This document shows positions 11,784-26,154 of a DNA stretch of 64,000 nt, one piece after another. The translations under genes and the position numbers were made by a program. Numbering within the stretch: the stretch's first letter is position 1; each line of letters opens with the position of its first letter. Where the stretch lies: the NCBI RefSeq assembly GCF_006345805.1, contig NC_043000.1, positions 46,624,001-46,688,000 on the forward strand, given 5' to 3'. Below the pieces are notes generated by a model. That model was not told the DNA's origin and ran no database searches. It saw nothing but the letters and a program-made list of their open reading frames with translations. This stretch comes from Octopus sinensis. Taxonomy: Eukaryota.

Positions 11784-12415
11784 TTGGCTGACTGGTTCAC
11801 GGAACACCTCCGAGACATCCGACTCGCAAATGACACCCTGGTTTTATGCGATTACCGCTCTACCGGTCACTCTTTACAACACCTGTCTGTCTTTGGATTG
11901 TCCTTGTGCAGGGGCTATCTGGACTCCTGTCTTTGCTATGAGCAGAGATTAATCTTCTCTCTTCGCTCCTTTGAACCACATGGGCTCAACTCTCCTCCCC
12001 TCTTCATCTAACCCTCTTCCTCTCTCCTCTCTTCCTCTTACACCTACTTCCTCCCACCCACCTCTCCTCTCTTGCTCTGGCACCTACTTCCTCTCTTCAC
12101 TCCTACCCACCTTCTCCCTTCCACCCTCTCCTTCCATCGTCACCTCCTCCCTCGTCACCCCACCCCTACACATTCCACCCCACATCCCTATATATCCCAC
12201 CCCATCCCACCCCATCCCATAAATCCCTATCCTTTCTCTCCCCACACCCCCACACCATCACACCACACACCACCATACCATACCACACCACATCACACCA
12301 CTCCGCACACACTAGCACTGACCCCTTCCCAGCACCTACAACTACACCTACAGTATTTCGAAGATCAGTTCGACAGTTTTCACTTACTACCAACTGAAAC
12401 TGCGCTTGTGCGATG
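11784..12415 (+). mobile_element. Penelope-like element 3' fragment: GIY-YIG endonuclease C-terminus (11784-12011) and pyrimidine-rich 3' region
   Basis: LADWFTEHLRDIR...GHS..HLSVFGL......EQRLIFSLRSFEPHGLN matches the PLE GIY-YIG pattern R(F)xEH...HF...E..(W)I..L.T..P.GLN. The 5' truncation sits in a microsatellite. Confidence 0.85.
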
Positions 12416-12720
12416 AATTATGAAAAATGATAACACATAAGGATGAGAGACGCGTTATTTGTCTCTAAATTATATGTTAATGTTATGGCATGGTTACTGA
12501 TGCAGATTCGCCAAGCAAATTATTTTATTTGCTAAAGAAATCTGAAACCTAAGTATAAACGTAAAAGAATAACAAGGTAAAAGTTTTTATTTTTCATTCC
12601 CTTTGAAAATTGATCTTAAATGTAGTTTTGGTCATTTTGACTGCTTCTTCTAGCATGTAAAAATTACCTGTTAAAGGTAGTTTTCTCTTGTGCTTAAATG
12701 TACACTATTATATATATATT

Positions 12721-12794
<74 letters not shown>

Positions 12795-13280
12795 GCATCA
12801 TCATCATCATCATATATATCAATCAATCTATCTCTTAGTCTCTCTTTATCATTGTTTCTGTCTGCAAGTTCCATTCACATGCAATTCTTGAAGAAGCAGT
12901 GGAGTGCGAATGAACCTGGAATTGTATTATTGTAAAGCAAACTTTTTACCCAACCAATCATAGCTGCACCTATAAGTGAATGATTTTGTTTTTCATATGT
13001 CATAGCTTGTACAACATATATTATCAATAAATTGCTAACAAAACAGAATTTTTTTTACAAAAAATTACAAAATGAAGCAACCGGTTCTTTTTTTTTTTTT
13101 TTAACGTTGTTTACTAATCATTGTCATTTGAATTATGATAATTGTTCTAGAAATAACCATAAGAGAAATGAGAGTTACATCTTACACTAAACAGAACCAT
13201 TGATAAACTGCAATTAACATTCCCAACAGATTTGTTATCTAGTCTGAACATCTAAGTACTGTTGACATACATATTACATG

Positions 13281-13312
<32 letters not shown>

Positions 13313-15143
13313 CACGTATGTACGTACATACGTATATATGTACGTACGTATGTATGTAGTAAAGTGTTGTTTATGACTGAAAACTAAGGTAACCTTGATT
13401 TTTGCTTAGTCAGACACATACACAGCAAAAATTCAGAGAAATATGAATCACCGTACTAGTTCTTTTTGGTTGTATATCGGTGCAGACATGGCTTTGTGGT
13501 TAAGAAGTTTGTTTGGCAACAATGTGGTTTTGGGTCAGTCCCACAGCATGGTACATTAGGCAAAGGTTTTCCTCTATAACCAACCAATGTCTTGCTGGCT
13601 AAATTTGTCAGGCAGCAACTGTGTGCAAGCTCATTATGCATGTGTTTGTGCTTGAGTGAATTAGCTTGAAATGCTTCCAGCAGATTGGAGCCATCTTCCA
13701 CCATTCTCTCCATTGAATTGTTACATATTTTTACTCAAACTTCCTAAAATACCCAAACTTTTCCACCGTCTTCTGTGACACATTGTAGGCCCAGTTCAGT
13801 TGTCCAGCGTGTTTATGGATTCTGACTCTTCTGTCCAAACGAATCTATTTTCTCACTCACTGTGTTGTTTTCTTCAGAGCTTATTTCCCTTTCTTCCTTT
13901 TTCTGTGCTCAAAGCTCTTGTCAATAGCATCATCTTCATAGACAAAGTAATCTTTTTGTTCATGTTCAACACCCTGCAGCCCTCCTTCATCAAGGCTCAA
14001 TGATGGTGCTTGGCTTTTACTTGGGAGTCATTTCTTACTTGAAATGAAGAAGAAAAGAAAAAGCGTTAGTATAGCAGAGTAACATGATCAATATGCGTGA
14101 TTTTAATGATCTACAGCAATTAACAAAAATGTTATGCTCACTTTTGCATTACTTATACATATATAGGTGCAGATATGGTGACATACAGTGGCACCTTGGG
14201 CAAGTGTTTCTAGTATAGCCTCAGATAGAAACTGAAAAAAAAACTCGTCATATATATATATACATTCAATTAGAGGTTAAATTTACTCTCATTAAGGAAT
14301 GGTATCTTACTTCCTTTTGAATGATTACATATATATTTATATATGTATATGCATGTATATATGTATGCATGTGTATATATGTATATATATGTGTGTATAT
14401 ATATATATTGATATATTGATATATATATGGCATTCTCTTTAATTTCTATACTTTCATCTGTTATCTTCCTTGTACCTTTCCCTCTGTCCCTTCCTCCTTC
14501 TCTCTCTTGTTCCTTTCCTAATTCTTCAATCCCTCTGCCTCCTACCTCTCTTTGTGCCTCCCACAGGATTGGTGTTCGGCCAAGTATGATCTTTCCTTGT
14601 TGGCTTGACTGCCGCCCGCACATCTCATTATTTTCCTGTCATCTCACTTTCATCTATGTTTGTGCTGTAAGGCTTTCACTTTATATGCCAGCTCCAATTC
14701 ACATTTCCTTATTAGTCGAAAGATGCCTGTTGTTGTTGTTGCACTTTGTAGTTGAAATTGTGTAGCATTTACTCTGTTTTCTCATTTTTTTTGTCTATGT
14801 TGTTGCACATATTTGCTTGCTTTCTTCCAAAAACTTAATGCCTTTAGCTTAGATTTTTGGGTCCTACCAATGGTGAAGTCTCAAGTACAACAGACTGAAA
14901 CTGTAATGATAATTGGAAGCTTGACTGATGAAAGAAAGCCACGAACATTCTGTACTGTCTGTCTTTGTATCGTCTGTCTGTGCGTATGTTTTTATTGTTG
15001 TCCGTTATGTTTTCATTCCGCTTTTGGGATATATATATACACACATACCTATGTGTGTATATTATATGTATATGTATGTATATGTGCATATGATTGATTG
15101 ATTCTAGTTTCAGCTCATGAGCTGTGGCCATGCTCGGGCACCG

Positions 15144-15195
<52 letters not shown>

Positions 15196-15200
<5 letters not shown>

Positions 15201-15481
15201 ATCACGTGATCACGTGACTGACCAGTCCATCAGATGTAGTTACACATCGCTGGTCACAATGCGTTCGCATTGTTTTAGCCTTTGAATGACGCCACCCTGC
15301 TGGCTAAGCGAGCATGCCAACAGAAGAAAGAGTGGGAGAAAGAGTGGTGAAAGAGTACAGCAGGGATCACCACCCCCTGCCGGAGCTTCGTGGAGCTTTT
15401 AGGTGTTTTCGCTCAATAAACACTCAAAACGCCCGGTCTGGGAATCAAAACCGCGATCCTAATCACTGGGCCATTGCGCCT

Positions 15482-15484
<3 letters not shown>
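15196..15484 (-). mobile_element. SINE family E (head GGAGGCGCAATGGCCCAGTG) inserted in (TA)n
   Basis: tRNA-like head with an internal deletion. Head and body are shared with 42362-42670. Confidence 0.75.
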
Positions 15485-15548
<64 letters not shown>

Positions 15549-16039
15549 GATTTATGTCTGTGTATATTACTGTCTCCTTGCTTCGATTTCATGTGATGGT
15601 GGTGAACAAATGTCATTGTGTGACAAACAGTGTCCTTTGCTTCCATTCTTCTGTGGAAAATATTTCTGGTCGTGGGTAACATTACCTTATTTGAAGACAG
15701 ATGTGAGTTAGCAACAGGAAGGTTATCTGGCTGTAGAAATTGCACCTCAACAAATTCTGTCCAACTTATGCCAGCATGGAAAAGTAAATGTTAAATGACA
15801 ATGATGGTGCTGATATCTGTAAATATATATACAAGGTGCCTAAGCTTTTTGAGGTCATTTGCATGAATTTAGAAATGGACACATAGCTCGCCTACGAAAA
15901 GCTCTCTTGTAAACAAATGGGTACAAATAATCTTGAGAATTCTTTTATCACACCTATTCAAAGAATCCACCGTTAGCATCAATGGCTGCTTCCATACAGG
16001 GTGTACTTCTGTTAAGAAATTACAACCTGCAAAAACCCC

Positions 16040-16146
16040 AATAAATGTAGATAAGAAATACATCACTTTCTTTTAAAATGTGGGCTATTCCATTAAAGTA
16101 GAAACACAACTAAAGCCTGTCAGCTTCCTGGATATTATCCTTTTGT
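16040..16146 (+). mobile_element. Possible decayed PLE reverse-transcriptase fragment
   Basis: NVGYSIKVETQLKPVSFLDIIL resembles the PLE RT segment preceding the FLD motif. Confidence 0.4.
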
Positions 16147-16648
16147 GAACATTAAAGCATAAGAGAAACAAATTTTTATACTAACAACACCATTCTCAAT
16201 ACATACAGGTAAAATATCTACCTTTTGTATACATACAGGTAAAATATCCACAATAACACTTATTTAAGAATGCTAGTGAAGGTGCATGACTTAGTGGCTA
16301 GAGTATTTGGATGATGATTGTAAACTCATGAGTTCAATTCCCAGTGGCGTGTTGTGTCTCCGAGCAAGACACTTTATTTCATATTGCTCCAGTCCATTGC
16401 CAAGTAGTACTTGTATTTCAAAGGGTCAGCCATGTCACATCATCTGTGAACTACATTAAGGGCACATGTATCTGTGGAATGCCCAACCACGTTAATTTCA
16501 TGAGCAGGTTATTCTCTTGATCAACTCAACTTTAACCCTTGAAATCGTAATCAACAGAGTGTCAGTTATAAAGAATAATAAATTTATACTCTACCAAAAG
16601 TATTAAGTGATCATTCAGTTCAATGTAAAATTTGCTATTATTATAACG

Positions 16649-17573
16649 GTAGCTGAGGTACCTGGTAATACTCGGGAGTAGGAATATTCCCAGTACCCAT
16701 TACAATACCTAATTACTCTCAGAAAAAAAAAATGAAATCAAGACATAGGACAGATAATAGAAGGCATGAGCAAATTCATTCATGAAACAATAATAAAATA
16801 AATACGTGTAAAATTGGAAAATGACAATCTTTTGGTCAGATGAGTGGAAAGCTGCAAATATATAATCAATGGAAACATCAAGAAGGGAATTGTAAAGGAG
16901 TGCTATGAAAAAAAAGAACATAAATGTTTGAAAAGTGAACAAAAATTTATTTAGAGAAATGGCACTCAATTTGATGATTCTGTTTCATGGGTATAGTTCC
17001 ACTAATTGTGAGAAGCATATGTAGATTGCAACACTTAGAACTGACAATTTTAAGTGCAGGTGTTAAGAAAATACATGTTAAATGTTTTAGCATACAATGC
17101 TACATTGTTTAGAATGAATAGTTTTAAGTGCAGGTGTTATGAAAATACATGTTACAACAACCTGAGAATGCTGAAATAATTGATGAACATTTTAACCCCA
17201 CAACAATTTAGGCCAAATTTCGTTAATCCGTCAATCAAAAATCATCTTACGCTTTGCTTGAGTGGCCTAAGTAAAAATTTATTTGGCTCAACTCATCCTT
17301 AGTGCATTTGTATCTGTGTATAAAATTTCAAGAAAATCAGTTGAAAACTTTAAAAGTTATGGTAGAAAATGAGATTCGTATGAGAATTTGCATCGAAATG
17401 TCCTAATGAATTTATAAAAATCACTCACTACACTCATGGAGTGGTTGGTGTTAAGAAGAGCATCCAGCCGTAGAAACATTGCCAGATCAGACTGGGCCTG
17501 GTGCAGCCTTCTGGCTTCCCAGACCCCAGTTGCACCATCCAACCCATGCCAGCATGGAAAGCGGATGCTAAAC

Positions 17574-17607
<34 letters not shown>

Positions 17608-17756
17608 AAAAATTAACGATTTTTTTTGAAATTCCAAGTGCATAAGTGACCATATGGTCATAAGCCCCCCACCCACCCATATGCATCAAGTTTCATCAAG
17701 ATCGGTTGGATAGCCTCGGAGGAGTTAAAGTAACAAATTCAAATATATATATATAT
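16649..17756 (-). mobile_element. Non-autonomous Helitron/Helentron-like element with a family-D insertion
   Basis: Minus-strand 3' hairpin relic CCCGAGTATTACCAGGTACCTCAGCTAC (about CTAG). The other end has AAGTTTCATCAAGATCGGTTGG...ATATATAT, typical of such elements. Confidence 0.5.
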
Positions 17757-20518
17757 GTTTTTGTGTTTGCATGTATGTCTCTGTGTGTATATATACACGT
17801 ATGTATATATGTATGTGGGAAATTGTATTTTTGTCTCTAGTGTTTTTTCGTCAACAGTTTTGCAAGCAGCATTGACTATTATGTTTCACAGCACCTTTGA
17901 TGTTTCGGTAAGAGATGGTGTTGAGTAATGTAACTTATTCAAATCATAAAGTTAAATTATAGCAATGTATAAACACTTTTGGATTACATTTATTGTAACT
18001 TGCTCTGATTTTCTTCTATTCACAGGATACTGCTTTAAAGATGGGTGTGTTAATCAAGGCAAGAATGTTGGTAACAGTATGATATAAACATCATTTTAGG
18101 TATCAATTTGATTGAAATCATTAGTTTTTGACTAGAATATATAGCACCATTTATTCCATTTCTCTGTGCTCTGAATTTTAAAACCTGCCAATGTCCATTT
18201 TACCACTGATACATTTAGAATTGATATGTAATATAATAGTCTAGTGCTGAGGTCAATTCTTCACTTCTCTCTCACACTCTCACCCCTTTTACATCTCTCT
18301 TACCCCTCCTCTCTCTCTTCATCCTCTTTCTTTCTTCTTCTTTCTCCCCCTTTCTCTTGCTCTCATCCTTATAGAAGAAATTTACTGTGGTCAGACGTAG
18401 AGAATCCTTTCTGCAACTCCATCAGGTGTAAATCAAACAATATTTAGAGATAGTACTGTATACTATTTGGTCAGAAATTGAGAGGTAAATACTTTAAATA
18501 TACTGGATAAGAACCATTCATCTCTTACCTACTCGTCTGATTATTCATTGCTTTCACCAGTCATATTCTTAACAAGTGCATAACAAGATGACATGAGATG
18601 ATGATGATGAGCTGGTCAAGGCCAAAATACTTTTAATCATAAGTCTACCCCATCCTGGCTAACCTGAAGCTGAAAAATCAACATGAAGATATATTGAAAT
18701 TTTAAAAAATTTCTGCTTCATATTTACTGTATTTTTAATGCTTTGTCAATGGGAAAGGCAGTACCCATAGCCTTTTTGTTTTCAGAGTTTCTGAGACTGA
18801 AGGGAAGAATGAAGAATGTTATCTTGAAATTGGAGCACTTATCTGATTGTTTATGACACGTACCTAAAGGTCAAACAATGATGTTAAACTGACTGATGAA
18901 TTAAGTTGATCTGCCAAGAAATGAGGAGGAAAAGTCAGAAAAATTACTGCAAGACATTCAGTTTTATGCTCAGATATTTCTGCTAATTCACTGCATGCAC
19001 ATTCAGAGAATAATGCACAAACACAAGTACATGTGCATATGATTTTGTCAAGCATGTCTGAAATTGGTTTTGTACATCAGTATTACTCAATTTGAAAAGC
19101 TAGCCATATAAATTGAAAATATTCCAGAGGATAACTGAAAATATTCCTTATAAAATCTGGCATTCCTCTCAAGTTGACCTAATAGTTTAAGACACAATCA
19201 GTATGTACGTACAGGAACTGTAAAATAAATAAATTCCTTTCCTTCTTAATTTACTGCAACTGGTCTAACAAAGCGTATAACACACTGCCAATTCTTTCTG
19301 AAATGTCAGCAATTTGGTTGAAGCTGGAATATCCATAGAAAAATGTCACAAAATAAATGTGCTAAGATTGATAAAAATATAGAAGAACAGGTAATAGATG
19401 GGGAAAATATTGGGAAGATTGACGCAACAATACTGAATGCTGAAGTGACTGGCAAACTAGAGATGTATTCATCTGAATTATAAAAGTATAAAAAGCAAAG
19501 GGTGAGAAGAGAATGTTTAAGGAAAGTGTGAAAAGAAAGTGAATATAGCAGTTGGCAGGATAGGGCGGGGAGGAGAAAAATATAAAGCAAATCTGTAGAA
19601 ACAGCTACAAAATCTGCTGTAAGGGCATTGATTGTCACTTACTATCTATTTATATGTTTTATATACCGATTGGTGAACAATAGTTTCAGTTGTTACAAAT
19701 TTCTAATTACTGATTCACTGCATTTCTAAAAGTAAAGGTGATAAGGGAGTTCTGTAACTTGATGCAAAGCAAACAATCCAATAGACCTCAATTTTCGAAG
19801 AGGTAATAGTTAGGTTCATGTATATTTCAATGATATACATCGACAAAGTATACTAATCCATATATATATATACGCAGAAAAAATTACGTGCAATCTTAGA
19901 AGCATAACTGTCACTTGGAAGTGAGTATGACTGGTAGCAAACACAATAATAAATAAATAAACGCACCCTTTTAAAGCCTAGTCAGGTTCATGGGCCTGGT
20001 TTCCCAGTTTCAATAGCGTATGTGTTCCCCAGCTGGACAGAACGCCAGTCCATCGCAGCATTACTCACTTTAGCCAGCTCAGTGGACTGGAGCAACATGA
20101 AATGAAGTGTTTTACTCAAGAACACAATGCATCACCTGGTCCAGGAACCGAAATCACAATTTTACACTCATGATACTGGCACCCTAATCACAATTTTACA
20201 CTCATGATACTGGCACCTAACCACAGCAAACACAATGCATTTTGTTAATTGTTTTAGATGCCTATATTGTTTCAAAGAGACATAAACACCCTCATGAGCT
20301 TACCTCTCTTGGCTCAGCAGAACACTGACAGTGTGACAGTTGAAAAGAGAACTGCACCAGTACTCAGTTGATACTCATTTACAATTGAGTAGTGAAAACT
20401 TTCTAGCTCAAAGGCACAATGTGCCACCTAATCAATCAGTTTATTCTCCAGTTAGCTTCAGATGCCATATTTTTTCTCCATTCAAAACAAATCCTCAAAT
20501 AAGGTTTGAATACAATGT

Positions 20519-20965
20519 TTCTTATTTCTTTATTGCCCACAAGGGGCTAAACACAGAGGGGACAAACAAGGACAGACAAGAGGATTAAGTCGATTACATC
20601 GACCCCAGTACGCAACTGGTACTTAAGTTATAAAGCGGCAAGCTGGCAGTATCGTTAGCACGCCAGGCTGCCGTTACGTTCTGAGTTCAAATTCTGCCGA
20701 GGTCGACTTTGCCTTTCATCCTTTTGGGATCGATAAATTAAGTACCAGTTACGCACTGGGGTCGATATAATCGACTTAATCCGTCTGTCTGTCCTCATTT
20801 ATCTTCTCTGTGGGTAGTAAAGAAATAGGTACTTAAGTTATCGACTCCAAAAGGATGAAAGGCAAAGTCGACCTCGGCAGAATTTGAACTCATAACGTAA
20901 TGGCAGATGAAATACCGCTAAGCATTTCGTCCAGCATGCTAACGTTTCTGCCAGCTTGCCACCTT
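20519..20965 (-). mobile_element. Family-B SINE interrupted by an antiparallel family-B SINE (20632-20827, +)
   Basis: 14-bp TSD GGTACTTAAGTTAT at 20618-20631 and 20828-20841. Confidence 0.9.
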
Positions 20966-22636
20966 TATTGAATGCATTGTTTCTAATTGTCACAACTACC
21001 AGTTTGTTTGTTGATTATGAATCTTTACTCATGTGATGGTAGTGGTGGAGACTTACTCATCACAAGAATCTACAGATCAATCAAAACAATGTTTATAGAA
21101 ACGAAGGTGTCTCAGTCATCATTTGACACAGTTGTGTGGGTTTTTGGCTATTGTGCGATAATGATCATTACATATTCTGGAAAAAAGGTGATAGCTGCAA
21201 GAAGAATGCTAAGAATCATGTGAATATCTCACTCACCCTAGTAAAATATACATGTTCTGAAACATGGCTACAACCAAAACTAAGAGAAAAAGGAAAGGTG
21301 AAATGAAGAAGAATATTCAGTAAACATTTGAAATTGTCAATTACTTTTTTAAATAATTAGATAAAAGGGTGCAAATCAAAAACAAAGAAAAAAAATTCAA
21401 TGGAGAAGAATTTTCTGTAAACATTTGAATTTGTTGATTAAGTTTTTAAATAATTAGACGAAAATAAGAACAAAAACAAGGAAAAAAGGATTAAACAGGG
21501 AAGAATTTTCTGTAAACATTTGAGTTTGTTGATTAAGTTTTCTTTTAATAATTGAAAAAAAAGCAAACAAACAAAACATGTTATTTAATTAATTAACTAT
21601 AATTAATTACTTAATAAATTTTGACATTGCAAAAGCCTTACTTAATCATTTGAATTAAAAGTGAAGAACTAAAGGAAATTTTTTTCATATTTTAACTATA
21701 TTACAAAGAATATAGAATATCTAGAGAATTGTATGAGAAGCTCACATTTTAAATTATTTTTCTTTTTTTTTTTTTTTGAAGTCCAAACAGAAACTGCATT
21801 ACTAGAAGCATGTAATCCCACTTTGTTATTTTTACCAGTGTTAAGGTGGTAAGCTAACAGAATCGCTAGCATGCTGGACAAAACGCTTCATGGTATTTCT
21901 TCTGGCTTTACATTCTGATTTCAAATTCTACCAAGGTCCATTTTGCTTTTCATCCTTTTAGGATCAATTAAAAATAAATGCCAGTCAAGCACTGGGGTTG
22001 ATATAGTCAATTAGCTTCACCCCTGGCTGTCCCCTAAAATTTATGGCCATCTGCCTATAGTCATGTTACTGACCAAAGTTCTATATGTTCTTTTTATGTT
22101 ATATTGTACTATATCTGTCTATTTTCTATTGTATTAGTTTTCAGTTGTTCTAATTTTGTAGCTCTCGAGAGATCAGATAAAAAAAATTACAGGTGAACAT
22201 CACCCAAAAATTTTTAAAACAAAAAATGAAAGCAGCTTGAGGTTAAAATTTTTGAAATGATTACTTTGGTTAATTAGTCATGCCTATGTTATAAACAGAA
22301 TAACAAATAACATTTTTTTTCATGACAGTCAAACATAAGTACAGATATTCTAAAGCCTTAACTAATATTTTACCCTAGATACCCTAGTAGTGCATCTATT
22401 TACTAGGATGTACCAGTTCAGAATCATTGACATGCAGTATTGACTAAAACTATTCAGACATATCCAGATATAAAGAATAGCACTAAAACAAACAGTTAAC
22501 TTAACAGCCATTTATTAGATGAAGTTGCTATTAGGAGTGAATTTAAAAAGTAAATTAGTCTATTCTATCTAGTTTATTTAAGCTCTTTGTGATAATGAGT
22601 TTATATGTGGTCTCTCCATCAATAGTTGAAGTGAGT

Positions 22637-22683
22637 ACTCAGCTGATGATAAAATCCCCAAAAAGGATTGAAACTAGTCCAGT
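22637..22683 (+). ncRNA. Degenerate minimal hammerhead ribozyme motif
   Basis: CUGAUGA-UAA-AAUCC(CCAAAAA)GGAUU-GAA-ACUAGU-C-CAGU. Palindromic stem III, GUC triplet, bulged stem I. Confidence 0.5.
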
Positions 22684-24488
22684 TTATCCCATTTTTTCTG
22701 TTCACAGAAAGTTTATACAATGTAATCATATATGTCTCTTACATGTAGGGAGGGCTAAGATCTATAGATATATTCTGCAGTACATTACTGAAATGAAATA
22801 AAATTCTATCAACATACCAGTATTTTATTGAGATTAGATACCATGAATTCTGTGAATATGTTCTAATGGATGTACTTAAGCTCTTAATAATAGCAGTGTC
22901 TTAATGAACAGTGGAAAAGGTTACTCAATCAGTAATGAAATCTCAATGGATGATTGAAATTAATATGGCCGATCCCATTTTTCTCTGTCAGCGAAGATAT
23001 TGTATACACTGACATGGTGTTGGCTAATGTCTCAGTATATTTTGTAATATGGTACAGCATTGAAACAAAACATAATATTGCATCAGTAATATACAGTTTT
23101 CTCTTGTCTTTGAATCAACAGATCAACATGCTAGTTCAGCCAATTAGAAATGGCAACCTAATCTCATTCAAATTAAGTTATAAAATCATTTTAAAAAAGA
23201 TAATTGCATAACATAGTCTTATATATACTGCCTGAATAATAAAAGACTGGAGTTCTTGGTTGGTGCTAAGCAACAACTAATACAGTTATCTTTCATGTGT
23301 GCTTTGATTATCTTTTGTTGAATTATTTTCTTTGCTGATATGGCAGTGGATGTGATTTACTATATAAAATACTAGTTTACTAGTTGACTGAACACCTGTG
23401 AGTATTTAGTCCTTTCACATTATTTTCTATGTTCAGACTGTATCTTAGCTGAGTTTACTATTCTTACCTCAAGGTACCAGTAATATACTGATTTTCTTTC
23501 AATCAAACATAACTTACTATAGAAAATTAGAAAAATTCAAAACAGTTTCTGTGTTGTTCAGTTTGCAGTTAGCAGCTGTATAGTGAATAAGACTTTAGTT
23601 GCTACTGTAATTCCTTTCATTTGAAACATGATCAGCTTATTCTCTTATGTTGTTTCAATAAAACACATATAGAAATATCTAAGCTCCTCACCATACTCCA
23701 TGTAACTGATGCAGAGTGAAAAGCCTTGAAATTCTTTTATAAAGAAAGACATGTTTTTTTTCTTTCTAACATTTGCTAGTGCCTTTATTTCTATTTATCA
23801 TTACTAGCTTTTATTATCATTATTATTAGCCGAATAGCACGTCTTATGAGCTCACTGTTAGATAACAAGTTTTATAAGTTTTCTAAACATAGACACAAGG
23901 AATAAAATGAAAAAGGAAAACCTACATATTAAGATACCATTACAATTTATTCTGGAAAACACAAGCATAAAAATATTCCTGTAAATGATAATATATATAT
24001 ATATAGAAACTTTGCTAACTGCTTACTGGCAATGTTGTGTTGACAAGATGGCAGTCACCTTCAGCTGAAGTATTTCTACATTAGTTGACATTGAAGAGAT
24101 GGCAGCCATTGAAGGAAGAAGTATCAGTAGTTGAAGAGATGGTGGATGAAAGGAGTGGCCATGGAATGTATACAAACAGAAATAAATGAAAATTAACAAT
24201 TCTTGGAACAAAATGCCTGGAACAGAGAGAAGAATAAAGTAACTCTACGAGGTTGTAACAGGAAAAAAAGTATTACCTAATGTATTTCATCGAGACAAAA
24301 AAACCAACATTATTTTACATTTACATAGGTAGGCACCATCATCACATAAACAGAATATGAAGATGAAATAAAGCTTTCAAAAAGGCGAGGGAAATTATAG
24401 ACTAGGTTCCAGTGGGGGTAGCATTTTTGATCTGAAAATATTTTGTGAATCGAATCCAACTTATTCTGCTAAACTTGATCGAGACACT

Positions 24489-24554
24489 GTTCTCATGATC
24501 AAGTTCTCCCCAGAAATTCCAGTTCTCATGATCAAGTTCTCCCCAGAAATTCCA
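24489..24554. repeat. Perfect 33-bp tandem duplication
   Basis: GTTCTCATGATCAAGTTCTCCCCAGAAATTCCA x2. Confidence 0.95.
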
Positions 24555-26154
24555 AATCTCAAGTCAATTTGAGTTGAAGCCATTTCACTTACTTCAACTC
24601 AAATTACTGCATTGAACTTTCGTTACAGGGGCAACCACAAGAACAGGGTAAACTGTATGATATTTGTAGATTTTGAGTAAAAATATTCGCTAAATTTTTT
24701 GGAAAATAGAAAATGTACACGTATCTCCTGAGGTGATTTCAAGAGGTATCTCATTAAAATAAACTCTATTTTGCAAGATCCCTTCTTGGTCTTCATATAC
24801 AAAAATGGCAAATTAAGTTATACAGCTTCCTTCTTGTAGAAGATCCATAACAAACATCAGATTCAAAAATAAACAAATACACAATATAACGAAAAAAAGC
24901 ATTAGATATAACTGTTAGTAGATATGGATGTACAAATGCCCACACATACGGAGTCTGGCACATGTACACTCACTCATACAAACTCACATGCACATATAAG
25001 TATGCACACATGTGATTTAGTGCACATATGCTTCCACACAGAATTAATATCTACTTAATTCTGTGTACGAATGTGTGTGCCAAACCACATGTGTATGTGC
25101 TTGTATAAGGTGAGATACTACCTTCTCACCTTTTCTCGCTTCTTCTCTCATTCCATTTTTAATTCATTGTGCAATATGGGCAGTGCCTGATGACTGTGCC
25201 GAGATGTCAGACATGTTATAAAACAATGTTTGGCTTGTTCTCAACACATGAAGCTAATAGTAGCACATAAAAACATGTATTATGTTTATTAGATAATACA
25301 CACACAAATACACACACACACATGTATATATATATGTAATTATATATATGTGTCATTGTGTTTATGTTTTTCCCATCATTGCATGACAACCAATGTTGGT
25401 TTGGTTATGTTCCATAACTTCACAGTTAGGCCAAAAAGACACTGATGGAATTAGTACCAGACTTAAAATATTAGTACTGGGGTTTGCTTCTTTGAATAAA
25501 CCTTTCAAGAAGGTGCAACAGCATGGCTGCAGTCCAATGACTGAAAAACAAGTAAATGGTAAAAGATAAAGATACAGTTTATCATTGGTATCACTAAAAA
25601 ATAAGCTTACAAGATAAAAAAATAAAGTTATACATTGTGGAAATGCTTGTAATGAGAGAAGAGTTTCTGGAGTAATAGATCTCATGAATATTGATTACAT
25701 GGGGGAAAATATAGTTTCGATTTTAATCAAATTTTATATACATGAGAGATGGCTGAAACATTTCAAATGTAAGTTACAAGACAGCAATTTGATGTATTGT
25801 TTAGTATGATCTACTGAAGGAACTCTAGATGGTCTTTCAGATTGCTAGAAATAGCAACCAAATCTCCCCCAAATTTTACTCTTATATTTTAATGAAAGAA
25901 AAAAAGATATTAGTCATATATATATCCTTGAAAAGAGAGTGCTGCTTGGGTTAACTTCTGCATTTGTTATAGATGTTGTATAGCTCATGATCATACTTGA
26001 TTCAGCAGAATTATGGGTCCTCAGTAGTCAATTGAATGATGAGGTGTAATCCATGGATGTATATAAGCTGAATATAAGAAATGACTTGAATCAAGACAAT
26101 GTGTTTGAGCCATGCTAGCATGGAAAGCAGACAAATCATGATGACAAAGGCAAC

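Noticed and set aside
13640-14035. Minus-strand protein-like stretch (EGGLQGVEHEQKDYFVYEDD...)
   Set aside because: Multiple stops and no recognisable family; probably old TE debris.
21318-21560. Short diverged local duplications (also 16198-16250, 17048-17155, 20152-20222, 47316-47365)
   Set aside because: Ordinary slippage duplications with no further structure.
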